Source: Eubacteriales bacterium (lineage in GTDB: Bacteria; Bacillota; Clostridia; Oscillospirales; QAKW01). From it: a stretch of DNA of 64,000 bases. The stretch is from NCBI GenBank assembly GCA_045539135.1, contig JAZQET010000061.1, positions 1,032 through 65,031 of the forward strand. Direction: 5' to 3'. Positions 18,517 through 28,458 of the stretch are shown here, in pieces (position 1 is the first letter of the stretch; the number at the start of each line of letters is the position of its first letter). The position numbers and the translations under genes were made by a program. Under the pieces are notes generated by a model. It was not told the DNA's origin. It ran no database searches and saw only the letters and a list, made by a program, of their open reading frames with translations.

Positions 18517-20445
18517 ATGGCTCAGGAAAAAGTAATCAACCAATACGATGAATCTTCCATTCAGGTATTGGAAGGTCTGGAAGCGGTAAGAAAACGCCCC
18601 GGTATGTATATCGGCTCCACCTCTATTCGCGGACTCCACCATCTGGTTTATGAGATCGTGGATAACTCCATTGATGAGGCCTTGGCAGGTTATTGCGATA
18701 CCATCAAAGTTTCCATTTTGCCGAATAATATCATCGAAGTGTCGGATAACGGCCGCGGTATCCCCGTGGGTATCCATCCCAAAATGGGGATCCCCACCGT
18801 GGAGGTGGTGTTTACCATCCTGCACGCGGGCGGTAAATTCGGCGGCGGCGGATATAAGGTCTCCGGCGGTCTCCACGGTGTGGGTGCGTCGGTGGTAAAC
18901 GCGTTGTCCGAATGGCTGGAAGTGGAAGTCAAAGACGGTCGGCATATCTATACCCAACGCTACCAGAGAGGAAAGAGCGATTCCTCTTTGCAGATGGTGG
19001 GCGATACCACCGAAAAGGGCACCAAGGTGCGCTTTTTGGCAGACAGTGAGATCTTCGAGACGCTGGAATATGAATATGATGTACTCTTAAAGAGACTGCG
19101 GGAGCAGGCGTTCCTGAATGCAGGTCTTAAGATCATCTTTGAGGATCTGCGGGAAGAGAGCCCCAAGAGCAAAACCATGTGCTATGAGGGCGGTATTCGG
19201 GAGTTTGTGACCTACCTGAATAAAAATAAAGAGCCTCTCCACGAAGATGTGATCTATGTGAGCGGTATGAAGAACACCTCTATGGCGGAGGTGGCCATGC
19301 AGTATACCACCCGCTATGATGAGACCTTGATCTCCTTTGCCAACGATATCAATACCACCGAAGGCGGTACCCACGAATCGGGCTTTAAGAGCGCTTTGAC
19401 CCGCGTGATCAATAACTATGCGCGGAAATATAACTTCTTAAAGGAAAAGGATGCCAATCTCTCCAGCGAGGATGTGCGGGAAGGTCTTACCGTCATCATC
19501 AGTGTGAAGGTGGAGGAAGCCCAGTTTGAAGGGCAGACCAAAACCAAGCTGGGCAATTCCGAGGTGCAGGGTCTGGTCAGCTCCATCATCAGCGAAAAGC
19601 TGATGGAGTTCTTTGAGGAAAATCCCAAGATCGCAAAAACCATTATCGGGAAGGCGGTCTCCGCCTCCCAAGCAAGAGAGGCGGCAAGAAAGGCAAGAGA
19701 GCACGCCCGCAAGAGCGCCCTTTCTACCTCTATGAGCCTCCCCGGCAAGCTGGCAGACTGCCAGAGCAAGGATAATCAATATACCGAAATTTATATCGTC
19801 GAGGGTGATTCCGCAGGCGGTTCCGCCAAGGAAGGAAGAGACCGCCGTTTTCAGGCGATCCTCTCCCTTTGGGGCAAGACCCTGAATGTGGAAAAATCCC
19901 GTTTGGACCGTGTTTATAATAACGATAAGCTGCAGCCCATCATCGCATCCTTGGGCACCAATATCGGTGCGGATTTTGATATCACCAAGCTGCGCTACGG
20001 GAAAGTCATTATTATGGCGGATGCCGACGTGGACGGTGCCCATATCCGCACCCTCTTGCTCACCTTCTTCTTCCGCTTTATGCGTCCCTTGGTGGAGGGC
20101 GGCTATGTGTATACCGCCGTTCCCCCGCTTTATAAGTTGGTGAAGGGCAAAGAGACCCGCTATGCTTATTCCGATGCGGAGCGGGATCAGATCTCCGCCG
20201 AGATGCGCGGGGAAGACGGAAAGGGTAAAGTGGAGATCAGCCGCAATAAGGGTCTTGGTGAAATGGACCCCTCCGAGCTTTGGGCAACCACCATGGACCC
20301 CGAGACCCGTACCTTAAAGCAGTTTACGTTGGGCGATGCCATCGCCGCCGATGAGACCTTCTCCATCCTGATGGGCGAGAAGGTAGAACCCAGAAAGGCG
20401 TTTATTGAAGATAACGCTCAGTATGTAATGAATCTTGATGTATAA
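18517..20445 (+). CDS. gyrB: DNA gyrase subunit B
   Basis: 642 aa with a GHKL ATPase ([17 protein letters not shown]), a TOPRIM domain ([15 protein letters not shown]) and PLYK. Confidence 0.98.
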   Translation: MAQEKVINQYDESSIQVLEGLEAVRKRPGMYIGSTSIRGLHHLVYEIVDNSIDEALAGYCDTIKVSILPNNIIEVSDNGRGIPVGIHPKMGIPTVEVVFTILHAGGKFGGGGYKVSGGLHGVGASVVNALSEWLEVEVKDGRHIYTQRYQRGKSDSSLQMVGDTTEKGTKVRFLADSEIFETLEYEYDVLLKRLREQAFLNAGLKIIFEDLREESPKSKTMCYEGGIREFVTYLNKNKEPLHEDVIYVSGMKNTSMAEVAMQYTTRYDETLISFANDINTTEGGTHESGFKSALTRVINNYARKYNFLKEKDANLSSEDVREGLTVIISVKVEEAQFEGQTKTKLGNSEVQGLVSSIISEKLMEFFEENPKIAKTIIGKAVSASQAREAARKAREHARKSALSTSMSLPGKLADCQSKDNQYTEIYIVEGDSAGGSAKEGRDRRFQAILSLWGKTLNVEKSRLDRVYNNDKLQPIIASLGTNIGADFDITKLRYGKVIIMADADVDGAHIRTLLLTFFFRFMRPLVEGGYVYTAVPPLYKLVKGKETRYAYSDAERDQISAEMRGEDGKGKVEISRNKGLGEMDPSELWATTMDPETRTLKQFTLGDAIAADETFSILMGEKVEPRKAFIEDNAQYVMNLDV

Positions 20446-20459
20446 GGAGGTGCTTCAAA

Positions 20460-22949
20460 ATGGCTAAAAATGAAATTTTCGATACCACAAGCTATGAAAA
20501 TCAGGTCATCGTTCCCGTTGATCTGGAAAAAGAAATGAAGAACTCCTATCTGGACTATGCCATGTCCGTGATCGTGGGTCGTGCTCTGCCCGATGTCCGC
20601 GACGGTCTGAAGCCTGTCCACCGTCGGATTCTTTATGCCATGTATGAGGATAACCTGACCAGCGATAAGCCCTTCCGTAAGGCCGCCACCTGCGTGGGTG
20701 ATGTGCTGGGTCGGTACCATCCCCATGGCGACGCATCCGTTTATGATGCCTTGGTGCGCTTGGCGCAGAGCTTCTCTTTGCGCTATCCCTTGGTAGAGGG
20801 TCACGGGAACTTCGGTTCCATCGACGGGGACCCCGCCGCAGCATACAGATATACCGAGGCAAGAATGTCCAAGATCTCCAATGAGATGCTTCGGGACATT
20901 GAAAAGGATACCATTGATTGGGATCCCAACTTTGATGAGACCCGCAAGGAACCCCATGTGCTTCCTGCCCGCTATCCCAACCTGCTGGTGAACGGTTCTT
21001 CCGGTATCGCCGTTGGTATGGCCACCGATATTCCGCCCCATAACCTGCGGGAAGTGGTAGACGGTGCCATTGCGGTGCTGGAGAACCCCGATATCGAGAT
21101 CGATGAGCTTTGCGAGATCATCAAGGGACCCGATTTCCCCACCGGCGCCATTATTATGGGCAGAACCGGCATCCGTAACGCGTACCGTACCGGTCGCGGC
21201 AAGATCTATGTCCGCGCCCGCGCCGAGATTGAGGAGTGGAAAGACGATCGCTATAAGATCGTGGTGACCGAAATTCCCTATATGGTGCGGAAAGCCGCCC
21301 TGATCGAAAAGATCGCCGATGAGGTCAAGACCGATCGGATCTCCGGCATCTCCGATATCCGCGATGAATCGGATAAGGACGGTCTGCGGTTTGTGGTGGA
21401 ACTGAAAAAGGAAGCCAATCCGCAGGTGATCCTCAATCAGCTTTATAAATACACCGAAATGCAGGCCACCTGCTCGGTGATTATGCTGGCGTTGGTAGAC
21501 GGGGTACCCAAGGTGCTCAATTTGAAGCAGATGCTGGAAGAGTATCTTGCCCACCAAAAGAGCGTCATCCGCCGCCGCACCGCCTTTGAGATCAAAAAGG
21601 CAGAGGCCAGAGCCCATATTTTGGAGGGCTTGGTGAAGGCCATTGACCATATCGACGAAGTCATCAATATCATCCGCGCATCCAAGCATATCACCGACGC
21701 CAAGGAGCAGTTGATGAACCGCTTTGATCTGGATGAGATTCAGGCGCAGGCCATTGTGGAGATGCGCCTTGGTCAGCTGTCCGGTCTGGAGCGTGAAAAG
21801 GTGGAAAACGAGTATAAAGAGATCACCGCCAAGATCGCCGACCTGAAGGATATTCTTGCCAATGAGAGCCGTGTCAACGAGATCATTAAAGAAGATATGT
21901 CCGAGATCGCGCGGAAATACGGCGATGCCCGCAGAACCGAGATCGGTCACGGCGAGGTGGGTCTGGAGGATGAGGATCTGATCCCTGTGGAGGATTGCAT
22001 CTTCACCCTTACCGAGGCAGGCTATATCAAGCGCCAGCTCACCGAAGTGTATAAGGCACAGCACCGCGGCGGTCGCGGCATCACCGGTATGAAGACCAAG
22101 GAGACCGATGTGGTGAAGAGCCTGTTTGCCGCATCGACCCACGATACCATTCTGTTCTTTACCACCTTGGGTCGTGTCTATCGGATGAAGGGCTATGAAG
22201 TTCCCGAAAGCTCACGCGTGGCAAAGGGCACCAATGTGGTGAACCTGCTGCCCCTGCAGAGCGGAGAAAAAGTCAATGCCATGATTCGGGTGGAGGATTT
22301 CGATCAGGAGGGCTACCTTTTGATGGCCACCCGCAACGGTACCGTGAAAAAGACCGCCCTTCGGGATTATTCCAATATCCGCAAGACCGGCGTGATTGCC
22401 ATCCTGCTGGATGAGGGGGATGACCTGATCAGCGTTTGCCTTACCGACGGCGAGGACCATGTGATGATGGCCACCCATGAGGGTAAAGCCATCCGCTTTG
22501 ATGAAGCGGAGGTCCGCACCATGGGCAGAGTTACCCGCGGTGTGCGGGGTATTCGCTTGGCGGATACCGATTATGTGGTGGGTATGTGCTTGGAGCGGGA
22601 AGGCTCCGACCTGCTGACCATTACCGAAAAGGGCTACGGGAAGCGTACCGCACCGGAAGAGTATCGCCTGCAATCCCGCGGCGGTAAGGGTATTTCCAAT
22701 TATAATATTACCGAAAAAACCGGCAAGGTGGCGGCGATCCGTATGGCCGCTGAGGGCGAGGATGTTCTGCTGGTCACCAGCGGCGGCGTGATCATGCGCA
22801 CCAAGGTGGAGGAGATCTCCCGCCTGTCCCGCAGTACCCAAGGGGTGCGCGTGGTGCGGCTGGAGGATGGCATCACCGTCATTGATATGGCAGGCGCCGC
22901 CCGCGAGGAAGAAGTTGCCGTGGATGAAGAGGAGACTGCCGAAGAATGA
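20460..22949 (+). CDS. gyrA: DNA gyrase subunit A
   Basis: 829 aa. The [14 protein letters not shown] region has the active-site Tyr context [12 protein letters not shown]-terminal beta-pinwheel and an acidic tail are present. Confidence 0.98.
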   Translation: MAKNEIFDTTSYENQVIVPVDLEKEMKNSYLDYAMSVIVGRALPDVRDGLKPVHRRILYAMYEDNLTSDKPFRKAATCVGDVLGRYHPHGDASVYDALVRLAQSFSLRYPLVEGHGNFGSIDGDPAAAYRYTEARMSKISNEMLRDIEKDTIDWDPNFDETRKEPHVLPARYPNLLVNGSSGIAVGMATDIPPHNLREVVDGAIAVLENPDIEIDELCEIIKGPDFPTGAIIMGRTGIRNAYRTGRGKIYVRARAEIEEWKDDRYKIVVTEIPYMVRKAALIEKIADEVKTDRISGISDIRDESDKDGLRFVVELKKEANPQVILNQLYKYTEMQATCSVIMLALVDGVPKVLNLKQMLEEYLAHQKSVIRRRTAFEIKKAEARAHILEGLVKAIDHIDEVINIIRASKHITDAKEQLMNRFDLDEIQAQAIVEMRLGQLSGLEREKVENEYKEITAKIADLKDILANESRVNEIIKEDMSEIARKYGDARRTEIGHGEVGLEDEDLIPVEDCIFTLTEAGYIKRQLTEVYKAQHRGGRGITGMKTKETDVVKSLFAASTHDTILFFTTLGRVYRMKGYEVPESSRVAKGTNVVNLLPLQSGEKVNAMIRVEDFDQEGYLLMATRNGTVKKTALRDYSNIRKTGVIAILLDEGDDLISVCLTDGEDHVMMATHEGKAIRFDEAEVRTMGRVTRGVRGIRLADTDYVVGMCLEREGSDLLTITEKGYGKRTAPEEYRLQSRGGKGISNYNITEKTGKVAAIRMAAEGEDVLLVTSGGVIMRTKVEEISRLSRSTQGVRVVRLEDGITVIDMAGAAREEEVAVDEEETAEE

Positions 22950-24070
22950 AAAACCAACGGTTAAAGCTGTTTGCCCTTCTTTTGGCGGCGGTGCTGTTGA
23001 TCAGCGGCTGTGCCGCCCCGTCGGCAAAGCCGGAAACGCCGCCTACTCCTGTTACCGTGTATGGGGAGACCCCCAACAAATTGGAGGGGAAGGTCTTGCT
23101 GAACGGCGCTCCGCTCTCGGCTCTTTATGAGGCGGAAGGGGTGCTGTATCTGGAGGAGAGCGAGTTTCTGCTGGCAGTAGACGGAGAGACCAAGCCCTCC
23201 TTGGGAAGCGATAATCATACCATCACCGTTACGGTGGGGGAAACTGCGGTCACCTATGAGACCGCCCCCGCCGCAGGCGGTGCCCACGCGGTCTTCGACG
23301 GAAAGCGCTGGTACCTCCCTTGCGAAGATCTTTTGGGGAAGCTGGGCTACCATCTTTTTGAGGATGAAGCCGAAAACTGCCGCTATTTTACCGCCTATCC
23401 CACTGCGGAAACGGTGTATAAAGGGGTGGAGGTTCCTATTTTGATGTACCACGCCGTCAGTAATGAAATGTGGGGCGTGGAGGAACTGTTTGTTTCCCCC
23501 GAGCGGATGGAAGAGCAGCTCCAATACCTCACCGAAAACGGCTATACCCCCATCTGGTTTGAGGATCTGGCGCAGATCGAGACCATCCAAAAGCCGGTGA
23601 TCCTCACCTTCGACGATGGCTATGCCGATAATTGCACCAAGCTGCTGCCCCTGCTGAAGAAATATAATGTGAAGGCTACCGTCTTTCTCATCACCAAAAG
23701 CGTCGGCGCGGAGCATTACCTCACCGAGGCGCAGATGAAAAAGATGCTGGATAGCGGTCTGGTCTCGTTCCAGAGCCATACCGCCACCCATCCCGACCTC
23801 AGCGCCTGCGGCGAAGAAAAACTGCGGGAGGAGATGCTGGAATCCAAGCGGTATATTGCCAAAATGACCGGCAAGGAGCCCTTTGTGCTGTGCTATCCCA
23901 TGGGCAAATGGTCGGAAAAATCCTTGGAGATGACCGCAGAATATTATGAATACGGCATCTTTATGACCGGTAAGACCTTTGTGAGCGGTGAGACCGATCC
24001 TATGCGGGTCTATCGGAAATATGTGGCACGAAGCACCACCCTCAATCAATTCAAAAATATGATCGGATAA
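22946..24070 (+). CDS. Lipoprotein with a polysaccharide deacetylase (NodB) domain
   Basis: Lipobox LLISGC. NodB motifs are [11 protein letters not shown] and SHTATHPDL. The start overlaps the gyrA stop (ATGA). Confidence 0.85.
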   Translation: MKNQRLKLFALLLAAVLLISGCAAPSAKPETPPTPVTVYGETPNKLEGKVLLNGAPLSALYEAEGVLYLEESEFLLAVDGETKPSLGSDNHTITVTVGETAVTYETAPAAGGAHAVFDGKRWYLPCEDLLGKLGYHLFEDEAENCRYFTAYPTAETVYKGVEVPILMYHAVSNEMWGVEELFVSPERMEEQLQYLTENGYTPIWFEDLAQIETIQKPVILTFDDGYADNCTKLLPLLKKYNVKATVFLITKSVGAEHYLTEAQMKKMLDSGLVSFQSHTATHPDLSACGEEKLREEMLESKRYIAKMTGKEPFVLCYPMGKWSEKSLEMTAEYYEYGIFMTGKTFVSGETDPMRVYRKYVARSTTLNQFKNMIG

Positions 24071-24117
24071 AAAAGATACGGCGGAGTTCCATTAGGAGCG
24101 CCGCCGCCGTTTTTTTT
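24071..24117. terminator. Bidirectional terminator
   Basis: AAAAAGATACGGCGG...CCGCCGTTTTTTTT, a GC stem flanked by an A-tract and a T-tract between convergent genes. Confidence 0.7.
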
Positions 24118-25435
24118 ATAGATGTTTTTTTGCAAAGGAAACAATGTATTCCGGACGATATAGAGTCAAGTTCATAAATTCGGTTTCTTCCGGCCAAAAA
24201 ATCCCATCGGCGTATCGCTCAATATAAGGATCGATAAAGTCCGAATCATATGCTTGCAAATAGTCGTAAGCATATTCAAAGATCATCACATTGCCTTTAG
24301 AAATCGCCGTTTTACAAATCTGGATCAACAGATCGTCTTTAGGCTGTTCTTTGATTTCGGGGAAAAGGATAACCTTCGGAACATCGTCCTCTACATAGCA
24401 TAAAGCATAATTATAATATAATACGACCTCTAAATCTCCAACATAAAAGCCTCTGGAATTAAACGGACAGATTAAGTCGTCATAATTGAACTTTTTAATA
24501 TTATGTATATCTTCATAACCAATAGAGTATTTGATCTTTTGAGAAACCAATTCTTTTTCCGTATAACAAACACGACGAGTGATTTTTCTTTCATCGATTT
24601 TTTTGGAAAAACCGATACCAATGTATCCTGTAGAAAAAGTGCTGATATTTCCCGCCGAAGAAGCAGGGGCAATCAATAACTTGATAATAAAGAATGCCTG
24701 TAAACAAAGCCAAAGAGCCATTATACGGGCAACCAACGGCATCAGCCATTCTCTTTTGGGAAGTTTTGGAGATGGTTTGTCACCCTTATTATACATATCC
24801 ACCAAAAAGATTCCGCTTCCCAAGAGAACATCCAGCGCTAAATCCATGATTCTGCAATTATAAGTATAGTTTTTTAGGCGAATATCCAAAAATTCGATTT
24901 CAGGCAACAATTTTTTCGCCACGGATGCATATTGCGCATAATCCAAGCCCGCAAACACGGTATAAACCGCGGCACCAAGAATCAGCCAAAGAAGAATGAC
25001 TTTTATTTTTTTACCTTTGAAAAAGTTTTTGGTCAAAATTCCGTAAAACACAAACCAAGAAAGAGCAGTCAGCGCGCCGAACATCAAAGGCGTTGCAGGG
25101 TGGGAAATGGAATTTAATCCAAAACGAAGAAGATCAAAAAACAGTTGAACGATCATTAAAAGAGCAATTTCTTTCACATAAAACCGTTCGGCAAAGGAAA
25201 GACCCGAACCCAAAAAGGTGTTTTTGGTAAAAACGGTGTCTTTTTTTATAAAACAAACGCATAAAAAGAAAAAGTAGAGCAGGTGAAACAGAAGGCTCCA
25301 AACCATCGCCAAAATGGAGGAGACACCGCTCCATTCAAAAATCCGCTTGGGATAACAGTTTCCCAGCCAATATGTGAAGCATAGGAAAAACAGCGTTAGA
25401 ATATTCAGTATAATGATCTCTGTTTTTTTGCGCAC
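24116..25435 (-). CDS. Hypothetical polytopic membrane protein with a C-terminal soluble domain of about 170 aa (low-GC island)
   Basis: 439 aa with about 8 hydrophobic helices followed by a Tyr/Asp/Glu-rich soluble domain. Codon usage and GC are visibly lower than in flanking genes. I recognise no family. Confidence 0.65.
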   Translation of the reverse strand: MRKKTEIIILNILTLFFLCFTYWLGNCYPKRIFEWSGVSSILAMVWSLLFHLLYFFFLCVCFIKKDTVFTKNTFLGSGLSFAERFYVKEIALLMIVQLFFDLLRFGLNSISHPATPLMFGALTALSWFVFYGILTKNFFKGKKIKVILLWLILGAAVYTVFAGLDYAQYASVAKKLLPEIEFLDIRLKNYTYNCRIMDLALDVLLGSGIFLVDMYNKGDKPSPKLPKREWLMPLVARIMALWLCLQAFFIIKLLIAPASSAGNISTFSTGYIGIGFSKKIDERKITRRVCYTEKELVSQKIKYSIGYEDIHNIKKFNYDDLICPFNSRGFYVGDLEVVLYYNYALCYVEDDVPKVILFPEIKEQPKDDLLIQICKTAISKGNVMIFEYAYDYLQAYDSDFIDPYIERYADGIFWPEETEFMNLTLYRPEYIVSFAKKHL

Positions 25436-25479
25436 CTGTTCACCCTCTTTCTAAAAGCCTGCCTATTTTGTATTTTACG

Positions 25480-25692
25480 TTACTTTTGAATTTTCGGTTG
25501 GTTGCTGACTCCTAATAAATAGTCAACGGAAACATTGTAGTGCTTGGAAAGCATGATCAATACTTTGGTAGGGATGTCCCGCTTGCCCAGCTCGTAAGCG
25601 CTGTATGCCTGCTGAGTGCAGTTCAGATATTCGCAGATGTGATATTGGTTAAAGCCATTGCCTTCTCGTAATTCTTTCAATCTTTTATACAT
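25480..25692 (-). CDS. XRE/Cro-C1 family helix-turn-helix transcriptional regulator (70 aa)
   Basis: MYKRLKELREGNGFNQYHICEYLNCTQQAYSAYELGKRDIPTKVLIMLSKHYNVSVDYLLG is a canonical HTH_3. ATG 25692 has GAAGGGA about 10 nt upstream (the track ORF starts at GTG 25701). Confidence 0.88.
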   Translation of the reverse strand: MYKRLKELREGNGFNQYHICEYLNCTQQAYSAYELGKRDIPTKVLIMLSKHYNVSVDYLLGVSNQPKIQK

Positions 25693-25718
25693 GAAAAACA
25701 CATCCCTTCTACCAAAAA

Positions 25719-25747
25719 ATTATATCATCCCCGCCATTTCTTGTAAA
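25719..25747 (-). promoter_or_regulatory. Predicted sigma-A promoter of the XRE gene
   Basis: The minus strand reads TTTACA (25747-25742), 17 nt, then TATAAT (25724-25719). Confidence 0.6.
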
Positions 25748-25799
25748 GCAGAAACCATAGATTTCAACAACTTTTTCTTAAAAACAGAAACGATACGCC

Positions 25800-27008
25800 T
25801 TCACAACATTTTGTTGTGAAGGCGATGAGGATCGTTGTTTTTTGGGGTAGTTTTTGGTCTGCACAACATTTTGTTGTGAAGCTAAAATTACAGGTTTCTA
25901 CAATTTTTCCTTGTATAGCGGAAGCCATTGTTCCTCACAACATTTTGTTGTGAGGAACAATTAAATTGTGCGCCGCACACATCCGGCATACTCTTCAATG
26001 ACACAACAAAATGTTGTGTAGACCAAAATCATTCTGCACTGAACACCCCCACACACTTGCTTACACAACAAAATGTTGTGAAAACAGGAGACGAGGCGGG
26101 TTGTTATTCATTGGATCACAAGACCGCACAACAAAATGTTGTGATGAATAGAAGAGTTTCTTAAAAAAAGAGTAAAAACGGTTTCACAACAAAATGTTGT
26201 GCAAATCGAAAGAGTTCAGCGAAACGGAGGGAAACGGGTTTCACAACAAAATGTTGTGAAAGTGGAGAACGAAGAACTCTACTTCCTATTTTTAAGTTTG
26301 CACAACAAAATGTTGTGTAGCCAAACCGAGTGCTTCTCATAGAGTTTTCATACAAAAAAGAAAAGAAACATTTTCACAACAAAATGTTGTGAAAATGGTA
26401 GGCACAGCAGATTATATTGCATTGGATTATATAGCTCCACAACAAAATGTTGTGAGGATTAAATCGGCGCAGTCTGTAGGGAACACAGTTATTATTCTTC
26501 ACAACAAAATGTTGTGAAGAAAGAGGAAAAGCGTTCCGGTGACACTCTATTATTGTATTTCACAACAAATTGTTGTGAAGCCTTGAGGGTCGTTGTTTTA
26601 TGATGGGCATATGATTTGTCACAACATTTTGTTGTGAAACTTATTGGATATAAGGTTATTTTACGCACTTTGTAAAGTGGTTTTTGCTTCCACAACAAAT
26701 TGTTGTGAAGATCAAAGAAAACTTATTTTAGGAAAGGGTGTATGTGTCGCACAACATTTTGTTGTGGGGCTTATTGAGTGCGAGGTTTTTAGAGTGGTTT
26801 TAGGTTACACAACATTTTGTTGTGAAGATTATGAAACTTGTTCTTTTTTTGCATGGTGTATGTGTTGCACAACATTTTGTTGTGAAGTCATGATGCTCGT
26901 GCTCTTGTAACAAGGCTGATGGTTTTTCACAACATTTTGTTGTGATGGCTATGGAGAATGCCGATTATTCTTTATGGGTTTTGGGGTTTCACAACATTTT
27001 GTTGTGCT
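25800..27008. repeat. Array B: 20 copies of the palindrome CACAACA-WWW-TGTTGTG at 57-74 bp spacing with mostly unique spacers
   Basis: 21-mers start at 25800, 25860, 25934, 26000, 26062, 26125, 26183, 26240, 26299, 26373, 26436, 26498, 26559, 26618, 26689, 26748, 26806, 26866, 26926 and 26988. The 17-bp core is essentially invariant. The A/T centre changes polarity in blocks. Only short spurious ORFs cross it. Confidence 0.92.
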
Positions 27009-28382
27009 GCGGGTTTGGGAGCGGGAGCGGGCGGTGGAGTTGAAGGCGGCGGTTTCGCGGAAGATTTCTTCCGAAAGGGCCAAAATGCCGATCAGGTTGG
27101 GCACCGCCATCAGGGCGGAGAAGAGGTCTGCCAATGCCCAAACGGCGGCGGAGTTTAAAAAGGCGCCCAGCCACAAAAAGGAAAGAAAGGCGGCGCGGAA
27201 GATAGGGCGGCTTTTTTTGGAGCGGGGAAAGAGGTAGCAAAGGCTTTGCTCGCCGTAGTAGCTCCAGCCGATGATGGACGAGAAGCCGAAAAAGAGCAGG
27301 CAGAGCATATAAAGAAAAGAGATCAGCGGGTTGGGCAAGGGTAGGGTGAAAAGAGCGTGGAGGGTGATCTCCGCCCCGTCAAGAGCGGGGGCTTTCCAAA
27401 GATCTGTTACCACCACCCCATAGCCGGTGAGGGTACACATTACCACTGTATCGAGAAAAGGTCCCAGCATAGAGATCAAGCCCTGCCGCACAGGGCTGTC
27501 GGTACGGGCGGCGGCCGCCGCAATGGGATCGCTGCCCATTCCCGCCTCATTGGAAAAGATCCCTCTGCCCAAGCCGTAGCGGATGGCTTTTTGCACCGTG
27601 TAGCCTGCGGCACCCCCGAAGACCGCCTTGGGTGCCACTGCAGAGCGGAGAATTAAGAGGGTAGAGGCGGGAATTTTCTCCACATTCTGTAATATAACCC
27701 ATAAAATCAACAAAGTGTATAGTCCTCCCATCAAGGGAACCAGAAAGGTGGAGACGGAAGCGATCCGCTTGATGCCGCCGCTTAATACCAATCCCACCAA
27801 GAGGGTGATGACCCCGCCTGCAAAAAAAGCCACCCAAAAGGGGGCGGTATGCCGAGGGTCTACCACATCTCCCACCGCCGTTACCATCCCGTTGATCTGG
27901 GAGGTGGTGCCCATACTGATGATACAGCAAAGGACACAGGCGGCGGCAAAGATCTTTGCCAAAAGGGGGCGCTTGAGTCCCTTTTCCAGATAGAGAAAGG
28001 GACCGCCCAAAAAGCCGTTTTTGTCTTTACGGCGGTAGCGCACCGCAAGAAAGGCTTCCGCATATTTGATGGCCATTCCGAAAAAGGCGGAGACGCCCAT
28101 CCAAAAAAGTGCTCCCGGTCCCCCCGCCTGCAGGGCGGTGGCAACACCGATGATGTTGCCCGTGCCCAAGGTGGCGGCAAGAGAGGTGCAAAGAGCGCCC
28201 CAGCCGCTCACCTCCCCTTGGGCGCCTTCCGGCTCCTTGAGGGCGGCAGAAAAGGCGGCTTTTAATTTGGTGAGGGAGATCCATCGGGTGCCGACGGTGC
28301 AATAGACACCGGTGCCCAGCACCAGCGCCAGCATGGCAGGACCCCAAACCAGCCCTGCAAGGGATTCTAAAAACGCAGTCAT
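26949..28382 (-). CDS. Alanine/glycine:cation symporter (AGCS family)
   Basis: 477 aa with LCTSLAATLGTGNIIGVATALQAGGPGALFWM and AIKYAEAFLAVRYR, AGCS signatures. The last ~20 codons run into array B (the tail TTKCCE is the translated palindrome). Confidence 0.88.
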   Translation of the reverse strand: MTAFLESLAGLVWGPAMLALVLGTGVYCTVGTRWISLTKLKAAFSAALKEPEGAQGEVSGWGALCTSLAATLGTGNIIGVATALQAGGPGALFWMGVSAFFGMAIKYAEAFLAVRYRRKDKNGFLGGPFLYLEKGLKRPLLAKIFAAACVLCCIISMGTTSQINGMVTAVGDVVDPRHTAPFWVAFFAGGVITLLVGLVLSGGIKRIASVSTFLVPLMGGLYTLLILWVILQNVEKIPASTLLILRSAVAPKAVFGGAAGYTVQKAIRYGLGRGIFSNEAGMGSDPIAAAAARTDSPVRQGLISMLGPFLDTVVMCTLTGYGVVVTDLWKAPALDGAEITLHALFTLPLPNPLISFLYMLCLLFFGFSSIIGWSYYGEQSLCYLFPRSKKSRPIFRAAFLSFLWLGAFLNSAAVWALADLFSALMAVPNLIGILALSEEIFRETAAFNSTARSRSQTRSTTKCCETPKPIKNNRHSP

Positions 28383-28422
28383 AAAAAAAGAGGAAGTTCA
28401 AAAAAGACTTTTTGAACTTCCT
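28383..28422 (-). terminator. Rho-independent terminator after the SDR gene, abutting the AGCS start codon
   Basis: The minus strand reads AGGAAGTTCAAAAA-GTCT-TTTTTGAACTTCCT followed by CTTTTTTT and then directly the ATG of the AGCS gene. Confidence 0.65.
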
Positions 28423-28458
28423 GCAGCGTGGCAAAAAACACTTTGAACTTCCTAAAAA

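Noticed and set aside
25800-27008. CRISPR array interpretation of array B (and of array A at 8438-8819).
   Set aside because: The conserved unit is only 17-21 bp and fully palindromic. The asymmetric centre flips orientation within the array. The period varies from 57 to 74 bp. Spacers share patchy similarity in array B and clear similarity in array A. There is no leader or cas gene anywhere in the 64 kb.
25800-27008. Rex operator (TTGTGAA-N4-TTCACAA) or CRP/FNR-type site (TGTGA-N6-TCACA) hidden in the palindrome.
   Set aside because: The half-sites are everted: TTCACAA...TTGTGAA rather than TTGTGAA...TTCACAA. The spacing is also wrong (N7). Neighbouring copies are ~40 bp apart, so no correctly oriented composite site forms.
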